A stretch of DNA of 61,607 nt, the filler included, from Chiloscyllium plagiosum (lineage: Eukaryota): NCBI RefSeq assembly GCF_004010195.1. It is 3 parts of one record of this genome, joined end to end, with 100 filler letters (N's around TTAATTAATTAA, not from the genome) between each part and the next. Parts side by side here need not be neighbours in the genome. Positions count along the whole stretch, not along the records: positions 28,630 to 40,082 come from NC_057716.1; positions 40,183 to 61,607 come from NC_057716.1; 1 more part is not named here. The stretch is one strand, 5' to 3'. The stretch's first letter is position 1. Each line of letters begins with the position of its first letter. Below are positions 39,075 to 49,309 of this stretch, piece by piece. The notes beneath the pieces were generated by a model. It did no database searches and was not told where the DNA came from. It was given only the letters and a program-made list of their open reading frames with translations. A program made the position numbers and the translations under genes.

Positions 39075-39417
39075 GTGAGTCCATGCAAAGTTCGAACATG
39101 TTGAAATCCAAAAACACATTCTAACTCACTGTTGAATACAAACGTTGTTGTAAACTCAAGAAGAAGTTAAAATGTAAAATTGAAGATTGAACAGTATCCA
39201 TGTGCTTTTAACTCCGCAGTTGTAAACATATGTGGTGTTTGACCTGACGTTACAAGACGTCCTGTGGTCTGAAGTCAATGTTGAGGACACCCAGGGCAAC
39301 TCTCTCATAAACATATACCACTGTGCTGCCACTTCTGTTGGGACATGGTTGATATCGCTGTTGTTTCTGATGCCTAGGTTGATAACAAGTGGCTTGTCTG
39401 GTTTCATTTTTTATTTA

Positions 39418-40010
39418 TAGAGTCATCGAGATTACAGCATGGAAACAGACACTTCGGTCCAACTTGTCCATGCCAACCAGATATTCCAACCCAATCTAGT
39501 CCCACCTGTCAGTGCCTGGCCAATAACCCTCCAAACCCTTCCTATTCGTATACCCATCCATATGCCTTTTAAATATTGCAATCGTACCAGCCTCCACCAC
39601 TTCCTATGGCAGCTCATTCTATACATGTATCACCCTCTGTGTGAGAAAGTTGCCCCTTAGGTCTCTTTTATACATCTTTCCCCCTCACCCTAAATCGATG
39701 CCCCCTAGTTCTGGACTCCCCCACCCCAGGGAAAAGAGTTTGACTATTTACCCTATCCGTGATTTTATAAATCTCTATAAAGGTCATCCCTCAGCCTTTG
39801 ACGCTCCAGGGAAAACAGCCCTAGCCTATTCAGCCTCTTCCTATAGCTCAAATCCTCCAACCTTGGCAACATTCTTGTAAATCTTTTCTGATTCATTTCA
39901 AGTTTCACAACATCTTTCCAATAGGAAGGAGACCAGAATTACATGCAATATTCCAACAGTGGCAAAACCAATGTCTTGTACAGCCACAACATGTCCTCCC
40001 AACTCCTGTA
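39418..40010 (-). mobile_element. CR1 LINE 3' fragment
   Basis: Same family tail and RT C-terminus as 20373-20780. Confidence 0.8.
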
Positions 40011-40082
40011 AAAGCGCAGCAGGTCAGGCAGCATCCAAGGAGCAGGAGAATCGACGTTTCGGGCATGAATCCTTCTTCAGGA

Positions 40083-40182
40083 NNNNNNNNNNNNNNNNNN
40101 NNNNNNNNNNNNNNNNNNNNNNNNNNTTAATTAATTAANNNNNNNNNNNNNNNNNNNNNNNNNNNNNNNNNNNNNNNNNNNN
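40083..40182. other. Assembly gap (44 N + TTAATTAATTAA + 44 N)
   Basis: Identical format to the gap at 28530. Preceded by a Penelope terminal repeat (40011-40082). Confidence 0.95.
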
Positions 40183-40628
40183 CACTGAAAGACCGAATTA
40201 TTTTATAAAATATGGCAGCCCTTTTTGAATTACATAAATACAGATATTTCGGCTATCCTAACAAGGGCTTTTATTTAATTGAGATTACAAACCTGGCTGG
40301 TCCGCGGCCCCTCTGGGGAGGAATCCCGCACGAATACGGGTTTTATTACATCTGATGTTAACACATTCCGAGCATGTAAGAGACTTAAATATACACTCTG
40401 GTTAGTTGTAGGTTAGATTAGTAGATAGTTGAGTTTTGTTTGTTTTTTTTTTCTTTTTTTTCTTTTCGGTTTTTTTGTTGTTGTTTTGTTTTTTTTTTGT
40501 CAAATTTTGGCTATTGTATATTTGAGCTAATTGTATATCAATGTTTATATCTGAGAGTTTTGTTTATTTTTGTAAACTTGTAAAAATGTTAAATTTCTAA
40601 TAAAAATATCTATAAAAAAAAAATAAAT
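40183..40628 (+). mobile_element. L1/Tx1-clade LINE 3' end
   Basis: FYKIWQPFLNYINTD-like ORF2 end, T-rich 3' UTR, aataaa and an A-rich tail. Confidence 0.55.
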
Positions 40629-41520
40629 GACTTCGATGAGGAGGTTAAGGGATGGGTTAGTACATTTGCAGATGATACAAAGGTTGGAGGTGCCGTTGAT
40701 AGTATCGAGGGCTGTTGCAGGCTGCAGTGTGACATAGACAGAATGGCAGATGGAGTTCAACCTGGATAACTGCAAAGTGATGCATTTTGGAAGGTCAAAC
40801 TTGAATGCTGAATATAGGATTAAAGACAGGATTCTTGGCAATGTGGAGGAACAGAGAGATCTTGGTTTTCAAGTGCATAGATCCCTCAAATTTGCCACCC
40901 AAGTGGATAGAGTTGTTAAGAAAGCATATGGTGTCTTGGCTTTCATTAACAAGGGGATCAAGTTAAGAGCTGTGAGGTTTTGCTGCAGCTCTACAAGTCT
41001 CTGGTGAGACCACACTTGGAATATTGTGTCCAGTTCAGGTCGCCCTATTATAGAAAAAATACAGAGGCTTTGGAGAGGGTTCAAAGAAGGTTTACCAGGA
41101 TGCTGCATGGACTGGAGGACTTGTCTTATGAAGAGAGGTTGACAAAGCACGGACTTTTTTCTCTGGAGAGAAGGAGGAAGAGAGGTATACAAGATAATGA
41201 GAGGCATGGATAGAGTCAATAGCCAAGAGACTTTTCCCCAGACACGAAGGATCATAGTTTTAAGATATTAAGAGAAAGGTATAGAGGGGATGTCAGAGGA
41301 AGGTTCTTTACGCAGAGAGTGATGAATGCGTTGCCAGATGTATTGATGGAAGCAGAGTCATTAGGGGCATTTAAGTGACTGCTGGACATGCACATGGATA
41401 GCAGTGAATTGAGGGGTGCGTAGGTTAGGTTATTCTATTCTAGATTAGGAATAATCCTTGGCACAACATCATGGGCCAAAGGGCCTGTTCTGTGCTGTAC
41501 TTTTCAATGTTCTATGTTCT
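40629..41520 (+). mobile_element. CR1 LINE fragment
   Basis: FADDTKVGG, MEFNLDNCKVMHFGRSN and LYKSLVRPHLEYCVQF, with an atgttctatgttct tail. Confidence 0.85.
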
Positions 41521-41549
41521 ATGAAACACCCTCTATATATAAAAAAATG

Positions 41550-42320
41550 TAGCCCTCAGGTCTCTTAAATCTTACACCTCTCACTTTGAAAGTATGCCCC
41601 CTAGGTTTGAACTCACCCACCATAGGAAAAAGACCTTTGCTATTTGCCTTATCTATACCCCTCATGATTTTATAAACTTCTATAAAGTCATCCCTCAATC
41701 TCCTATGCTTTAGTGAGAAAAGTCCATTCCTATCCAGCCTCTCTTTATAACTCAAACCCTCCAGTTCCAGCAACATTCTGGTAAATCATTTCTGAATCCT
41801 CTCCAATTTGATAATGTCCTTTCCATAGCAGGGCAACTAGAACTGTACACAATACTCCAAAAGTGGTCTCACCAAAGTTCTATACAACCACAACATAACA
41901 TCCCTACCTCTTTACTCAGTGGTCTAAGCAATGAAGGCAATTATGTTAAACCCCTTCTTAATCACCTTGTCTACCTGTGGTGCAACTTTCACAGAACTAT
42001 ATACCTGAACCCCCAGGTCTCTCTGCTGAAGAACGCTATCCAGGGCCCTACCATTAAATGTATAAATCTTGCCTTTATTCGTTCCACCAATATGCAATAA
42101 CCTGCATTTATCCAAATTAAACTCCATCTGCCACTCCTCAGCTCATTGGCTCAATTAATAAAGATGCCTTTGTACTCATTTATATAACCTTCTTCACTGA
42201 TGACTATAACCTCCAATTTTGGTGTCATCTGCAAATTTACTAACTATGCCTCCTAAATTCCCTTCCAAATCATTTTTGTAAATAACAAACCAACAGTGGA
42301 TCCAGCACCAATTCCTGTTC
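41550..42320 (-). mobile_element. CR1 LINE fragment (tail-to-tail with the previous copy)
   Basis: MEFNLDKCRLLHIGGTNKG and LEGLSYKERLDR...FIEVYKIMRGID. Confidence 0.8.
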
Positions 42321-42389
42321 TCCAGCATCTGCAGTTCTTTGTTTCATTTATCATATCTACCTTGTAAAGCCTGTTTAGGATTATACTTA

Positions 42390-42653
42390 CAGAACAACCT
42401 TAATTATTTGAACAAGACGGGCATGGGATATTTTGTTTGGATACTTGATCATTCGGATAATTGATCTGATTCTAAACAAGCCAGTAATTTGAGTGCCAGT
42501 TATCCGAACATGCCTCAGTTATCCGGCAATGCACACCATAATGCCATTTAACTGAATGCTGAGTTGCCTAATGCCACTTTTACAGGACCATGAGATCTTG
42601 TTCGGATAATCCGAAATTCAGATAATTGACGTACCGATATCAGGGTTGCACTG
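42390..42653. mobile_element. Tc1/mariner (pogo/Tigger-type) MITE
   Basis: TA[CAGaacaacct...agggttgcaCTG]TA termini with repeated subterminal ttatccgaa/ttcggataa motifs in both orientations. Confidence 0.6.
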
Positions 42654-43190
42654 TAGTTCAATCAAGCCACATCTCACTCTTCTAAACTCAAGTGAAAACA
42701 AGCCTAGTCTGTCCAATGTTTCCTTATATGACAAGCTGCTTATTCCAGGGATAAATCTAGTAAAACTTCTCCAAATCACCTCCAACAAATGTGCACCCTT
42801 CCTTAAAAAAGAGACCAAAGCTGCACATATAACATCCCACCATCCTTACTTTATGTTCAGCTCCCACATCAGAAATGGAGTTGAACCTGCACTGCAGTCA
42901 TTATTCTGAATCACCTGCTAGGCATCTAGCCAACATAAATATATATATACAATAATACCTTTGTTGTCTTTTCCATTACTTCTTTTAACATAGTGAATAT
43001 AATCCCATTCTGATTAAAGATGTATCCTTTCTAGGTATGAACTATTTATCATTTAGCTGTTCCTTTCAATAGTTAGTACATTTTTATAACCTTTGACATC
43101 ACTTTCATGTGTGTTGTCCATCTTGCTGGCTTCTCCAATAACTACTCAGTCAAATACCTGATGCCAGACAGGCATCTGATACCTGACAAT

Positions 43191-43225
43191 CACCTGATGA
43201 AGGAGCGTCGCTCCGAAAGCTAGTG
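43191..43225 (+). ncRNA. Minimal type I hammerhead ribozyme motif (second Penelope-like family; repeat extends to ~43279)
   Basis: cac-CUGAUGA-a-GGAGC(guc)GCUCC-GAAA-GC-UA-gug. Stem I cac/gug, 5-bp stem II, palindromic AGCU stem III, and an NUH cleavage triplet CUA. Confidence 0.7.
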
Positions 43226-43994
43226 TGTTTCCAATTAAACCTGTTGGACTATAACCTGGTGTTGTGTGATTTTTAACTTAGTCAAGTAAACTATTCATTA
43301 TTTCTGCTATGTAACTGTTATTAACTTGACCCTTAATAGCACTGGCATTAATCTCATTTTTTTTTCTTTTGTCATTTATGACTATACTAGCAGAATTTGA
43401 GGGAGCTGAATAAATGACAGGCAATAATCCTTTACTTGCTGAAACCTTACACCTATTTTCTGATTTCAATGAAAGGCTTTTTACAGAACTGGTGAAGGGA
43501 TTCTTCACTGAACTTACAGTGACAATGACCTTTCACTGCTTTGGACACAATTTGAACGATGCTGGCATCTATTGAGTTTGGTATATACTTCCCAGCTGTC
43601 AAAAATCTGTTCAGTATGAAAGTGCTTTACATTGGATGTCAGATAAGGAAAGAAATAAACAGCAGCAACAATACTATTAGCATCAACAGCAGTACCAAGA
43701 ACAGGAGCAGCAATCTAGTTCTCATCAGGTTAGAAGCCAACCTTTAGAGTAGTCAGAGAGGGGAGGGTGTGACTGCAAGTAAGGCTGGTATGGGGCTCCA
43801 GCAGGTTGTGATAAAGGACCCTCAATCCTTGGATTTGCCCATTCAGGAATGAGGTGCATGCTACCTTTGTGAATGAAAACATTAAACAGACTATGAAACC
43901 ATGGTACAGGATCCTCAAATGAAGGAGTGAAAAGCCACATAGTAGAGAAAGAGGATGGTACAGTAGAACAGATACTGTTCTCCACCTCATCAAG

Positions 43995-44340
43995 AGAATT
44001 GTAAAATCCCTATGGTGCAGAAGGGAGCTATTAAGTCCATCCAATCTGCACAGATCGTCTAAACAGCATCCCACCCAGACCCGACCCTATTCCCATTACC
44101 CCACATTAACCATGACTAATCCACGTAGCCTGCACTTTCCTGGACACATGGGCAATTTAGCATAACCAATCCACCTTATCTGTACATGGACTGTGAGAGG
44201 AAACCAGAGTACCTGGCAGAAACCCACATAGACACAGAGAGAATGTACAAACTCCACACTGGTCACCAAGGCTGGAATCAAACCCAGGTTCCTGGTACTG
44301 TGAAGCAGCAGTGCTAACCAGTGTACCACCATACCACCCC
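43995..44340 (-). mobile_element. HE1-type SINE
   Basis: Reverse complement head ggtggtacactggttagcactgctgc, core ctaaattgccc, and a CR1-like tail. Confidence 0.7.
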
Positions 44341-45896
44341 GGGAGGTACAAAGATTGTGTTGTCAGAGTTCAGAACATTATCTCATAGTTGAAATAGGAA
44401 GCGGAAGATCCAATTGTAAGTCATAAATGACAAAAGTAAAGCTTAAAGTAATGTTGTGCTGAGAAAATTTGAGAAGTTAGTGTCCAAATTGAAATACAGA
44501 CCCTCAAAAATAATAATTGTTAACTGACCTATCTGCCAGTTAACATAGGATCAAGCAAATCTGAAACTTAAATGCTAGGTTCAAAGAGTGGTGTGAGAAG
44601 AATGGGTTTTGATTCATGGAAAATTGGAATCAGTTATCAGGAAATTCTTCCTTTGAGACAGGCCTGAGTTAAACCAGACTGGGATCAGTATCCAGGAAAA
44701 TCATATAACTAGGTTTGTGAATAGGTTGTGAACACAGACCTCTCACTATCACATATAACATCTCCCCTCACTCAATGTTACTAACTCAATCCTCCCACAC
44801 CATCAGCACAATACTACCTAGTCATTCACTCAGGTTACTTAGTCACCTATCTCTCACCTGCACTTACAGCTGTGCTAAACACTTCCATCTCAATCAATTC
44901 CATCTTGTCTCATTCTAATGGAAAAAGGCCCAAATAGGGCAGAAAAAGACAAGACAGGCAGTGCTGACATTCAGCTCCTCATTCCCTATGAGGAAAGGAA
45001 GTTGGCCCTGACCATTCCAAGCAGCCAATTGACCATATCCAAGCCTCTGGACTAATATTGGAGGCTAACCTCCAGTAAATGTGCTGAGACGCCTTTAGTG
45101 AAGGGTTTCTCTCTCTTGACTGAGTAGCATTCCCCTTAGTCTTAGAGAAGTGACCATTTGTTTGATGTACAAGCAATGTGCTCACCACATACGCTGCAGC
45201 ATTTGGTGCTGGTGTGCGATTGACATAGCATGATATCATGCAGCAACATTGCCACTTCCTTGATTGATGGCTACTGACAATCATGACGAGTTGTCTGGCT
45301 TTGTGTCTGTATTAAAAGGCACTTCAATACGGGAGTACCTTGAGGCTTTAAGCTCTGATTGAGTGGGCAAAGGATATAAAAAGGCAAGGCATGACAAGAC
45401 AAACCAAGCCAGAAAGGCTTTGAGTAGGTGCAACGTGAGTGAGTACTAAGAGAGCAAGTGACCATTTTTGACGTGTAACCTGGTTTAATTCATGAGATGT
45501 ATGGCAATCCCTATGTGCAAAGTGTCCTTGCAGAACATTCCAATGAAAGGGGCCAGAGTGATGCAAAGTGCAACATTGACATGCATAATTCTATTGTAAG
45601 TGGATCAAGATCTCTAATGAGAGAATGGCCCAATGGTCCTATGGGACTACAGCTACTTTATCTTTGTATTACCTAACCTAGGAGTATGATTGCTTACTGA
45701 AACAGTGTCCAGGTAATTATCCTCACTCCAATACTCCACAATGTGTGCAAATCAGACAGCAGCACAGCAACTCTGAACCAAACTTGCTCAAGCTAAAGAC
45801 ACAGCCAATATGATTTGGGGGACTGCAATAAATATGTTGCAGTCATGCCATACCATGATTGTATAACTTCATTGATTTAACTAGTCAGTTAATTAT

Positions 45897-47250
45897 TGAA
45901 ATAACTCCACAAGATAGATATGCTGACACCAAGTCCCATTTATTTGCATGTGCATAGTACAGGGCAGTGACCCAGCTACCACAGAACCAGCTCCGAGAGT
46001 GAGCAGAACCCCTGATACTCCTGTTTATTTTTTTTTATTATTATTATTTTCTTTTTTTATTAACCCCCAAACTACCACCTAAGTGCGGTAGTGCTTTTTT
46101 TTCCCCAGCACCCATGGTGTGTGTGTGCAGGTGTGAGACACAGTGAAAGACACAAAGTGCATGAATCTTTATTCAATTTCCACCACCAGGAAGATAGGAA
46201 AACACCCGGGTGGCCAGTGACAAACACTGCCCTTCACATCAAAGGGCAAGCACACCTGTTTTTTTTNNNNNNNNNNNNNNNNNNNNNNNNNNNNNNNNNN
46301 NNNNNNNNNNNNNNNNNNNNNNNNNNNNNNNNNNNNNNNNNNNNNNNNNNNNNNNNNNNNNNNNNNNNNNNNNNNNNNNNNNNNNNNNNNNNNNNNNNNN
46401 NNNNNNNNNNNNNNNNNNNNNNNNNNNNNNNNNNNNNNNNNNNNNNNNNNNNNNNNNNNNNNNNNNNNNNNNNNNNNNNNNNNNNNNNNNNNNNNNNNNN
46501 NNNNNNNNNNNNNNNNNNNNNNNNNNNNNNNNNNNNNNNNNNNNNNNNNNNNNNNNNNNNNNNNNNNNNNNNNNNNNNNNNNNNNNNNNNNNNNNNNNNN
46601 NNNNNNNNNNNNNNNNNNNNNNNNNNNNNNNNNNNNNNNNNNNNNNNNNNNNNNNNNNNNNNNNNNNNNNNNNNNNNNNNNNNNNNNNNNNNNNNNNNNN
46701 NNNNNNNNNNNNNNNNNNNNNNNNNNNNNNNNNNNNNNNNNNNNNNNNNNNNNNNNNNNNNNNNNNNNNNNNNNNNNNNNNNNNNNNNNNNNNNNNNNNN
46801 NNNNNNNNNNNNNNNNNNNNNNNNNNNNNNNNNNNNNNNNNNNNNNNNNNNNNNNNNNNNNNNNNNNNNNNNNNNNNNNNNNNNNNNNNNNNNNNNNNNN
46901 NNNNNNNNNNNNNNNNNNNNNNNNNNNNNNNNNNNNNNNNNNNNNNNNNNNNNNNNNNNNNNNNNNNNNNNNNNNNNNNNNNNNNNNNNNNNNNNNNNNN
47001 NNNNNNNNNNNNNNNNNNNNNNNNNNNNNNNNNNNNNNNAAAACAGTGAAGGGGGAGGGTAGGGACTAAATCAAAATAGAGTTGGAGGGAGAAATGATGC
47101 ACTCCACTCCCTGCGGCACCCACCTCTCCCTGAACAACTCCAGGGTGTTGGTCGACACCGCGTGCTCCTTCTCCAAGGACACCCAGGCTCTAATACTCCT
47201 GTTTATACCTGTCAGCCAGGACTCCCTGATTGGACTACCTGCTGACCTCA
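45897..47250 (-). mobile_element. Solo LTR-like repeat interrupted by a Tx1-type LINE
   Basis: Both flanks are homologous to the reverse complement of 53735-53971 (tgaaataactccac...; gtcagccagggactccctgattggac). Confidence 0.55.
46029..47192 (-). mobile_element. 5'-truncated Tx1-clade LINE with 14-bp TSD (spans gap 46267-47039)
   Basis: TSD atactcctgtttat at 46015-46028 and 47193-47206. Poly(T) at the left end. C-terminal peptide WVSLEKEHAVSTNTLELFRERWVPQGVECIISPSNSILI*. Confidence 0.65.
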
Positions 47251-47693
47251 TTTAAATTACTACGGGTATTAACTTATTTAAAACAATAGCAAGTTATAGT
47301 CGAACAATCAGCAGGTACTGAAAAATGAAATAAAGTGTACTTTCAAAAATTCCCTCCAATTTTGAATTCATAACTGTATCAAATTTCTCACATAGTATGC
47401 AGTTCATGAAGAACACTGTCCTTAGATCACTTTATGCTTCCTCACTTTCAAACCTTTGTAGCTTAGAAGTCTACTTCAGGTTATAGAGGTAGACAAGAGC
47501 AAGGCTAAAGGGTGATTTGAAAAAAGGATGAATTTTAAAAAATTATTGCATGCCCTAACCAGAGCAAGTAGAATCATAGAGTACCCAGAAACAGGCCATT
47601 TGATCCAAAAGGTCCACGCCAACCCCCTGAGGAGTATCCCACCCAGACCCATTCCCCTCCCCCATTACTCTACATTTACCCCTGATCAATGCA

Positions 47694-47957
47694 GAAAATC
47701 TGTTGCTGGAAAAGCGCAGCAGGTCAGGCAGTATCCAAGGAGCAGGAGAATCGACGTTTCGGGCATGAGCCCTTCTTCAGGAATGAGCCCTTTCCTGAAG
47801 AAGGGCTCAGGCCCGAAACGTCGATTGATTCCTGAAGAAGGGCTCATGCCCGAAACGTCGATTCTCCTGCTCCTTGGATTCTGCCTGACCTGCTGCGCTT
47901 TTCCAGCAACACATTTTCAGCTCTGATCTCCAGCATCTGCAGTCCTCACTTTCTCCT
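47694..47957. mobile_element. Foldback Penelope terminal-repeat element with three hammerhead cores and a 14-bp TSD
   Basis: Inverted arms of ~90 bp. TSD ccctgatcaatgca (47680-47693 and 47958-47971). Confidence 0.85.
47791..47864 (+). ncRNA. Tandem pair of minimal hammerhead ribozyme motifs
   Basis: Two copies, 37 nt apart, of CUGAAGA-a-GGGC(ucak)GCCC-GAAA-CGUC (cores at 47795 and 47832), each with the palindromic ACGU stem III and a GUC triplet. Confidence 0.7.
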
Positions 47958-48550
47958 CCCTGATCAATGCACCCAAACTACACAACCCCTGAACACTATG
48001 GGCAATTTAGCATGGCCAATTCACCTACCTGCACATCTTTGGATTGTGAGAGGAAACCCACATGGACAAGGGGAGAATATGCAAACTCCACATGGACGGT
48101 CACCCAAAGCTGGAATTGAACCCAGGTCTCTGATAATGTGAGACAACAGTGCTAACCACTGAGCCACTGAGTTCTTATAGTTCAGAATTGATAGGAAAGT
48201 GGGATTTGCGCAAGTTCAGACAGAGGTAGCAGGGTTTTGGATGAGCTTAAGTTTCTGGAAACTCACCAGAACAGTGTTTACCTAGTCAACTCTAGAAGCG
48301 TGGATGAACATAGGAACACCCTACCTAGCAATTTTATGATAGTGCTTTCACCACATTGGCTGCAGTCATTCAAGAAAAGAATGATGGGCAATTACAGATA
48401 GGCAATTAATCCTAGCATTGGGAGAAAATCCTACATCCCGCAAGGGAATGAAAATACCTTTCTCATCATTGCAAGGTTTGAACTGATAAGCAAGTTTTGA
48501 TTATAGCGTACAAGATGCAAGCCACTACTATTCTGCAATTATTGTTTCAG

Positions 48551-48704
48551 GTATTTGAAATAGAGATTCGAGAGCAAGCAGCAACAGCTTTTTGGGCATT
48601 AGCAGGCCAGACACTGACACAACGAAAGAAGATGGCCAAGGATATTGGTTATAGTTTGGTCATTGATCTTTTGTTATCATCATCTGATAAAATGCACAAT
48701 GTTG
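48551..48704 (+). CDS. ANKAR: Ankyrin and armadillo repeat-containing protein, internal exon
   Basis: tttcag|VFEIEIREQAATAFWALAGQTLTQRKKMAKDIGYSLVIDLLLSSSDKMHNV-g|gtaagt. Resembles human ANKAR ALWALAGQTLKQQKYMAEQIGYS as recalled. Lies downstream of ASNSD1, as in human. Confidence 0.88.
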
Positions 48705-49309
48705 GTAAGTTTCCATTTTCTAGTAAGTTTAATCTTTTCACAGATTAGAAAATGTAACACTAAGAATGCATTGATAACATAAATTCAAATTCAGCATATG
48801 CACAGTCTTGAGTCTACTGAGGCACCAATGTATGGTGCAACAGTAACTTGGATGACATTTTTATTCTCCATATAAATGAGTTCAAGCCTCAATCCTGTTC
48901 ACTAGGGAAAGAGGTTAGATCCAACTGTTTTCATGGAGTTAACCACCACTTCTAAGCTGACAAGAATGGTTTCCAATCATAAAGCTATTTGCAAAATTGT
49001 TGGCTGATTTCATCAAACTCCTTGACGGTGACTGCACATTTGTCTGGCAGATGTGCCAGTGCACCAAATATTTGAGTGTCCATAGCCATCATAAATTTAC
49101 TAGAGCAATTCCATAAAGTTCGTACCTGCATTCCCCTGTAACAGTATTTATGTTCAACCTTGGGTTCTGGTACATGCACTATGCACTCCTCCATAACTAT
49201 GTGTCACTCTTACCCATTTTCACTGCATCTAAAGCAAGGGCTGTGTCACTATCTGAGTTCCTGGGGGCAAGTGTGAGAATAAGTAACAGTATTTATTTTT
49301 CGTCTTTTC

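Larger units (their letters stand above)
47570..48170 (-). mobile_element. HE1-type SINE interrupted by a foldback Penelope insertion
   Basis: SINE tail at 47570-47693 and core/head at 47958-48170 (agtggctcagtggttagcactg on the minus strand). Confidence 0.75.

Noticed and set aside
46091..47123. Three long ORFs (279-323 aa) in the ORF track
   Set aside because: They consist of X residues from the N gap at 46267-47039.
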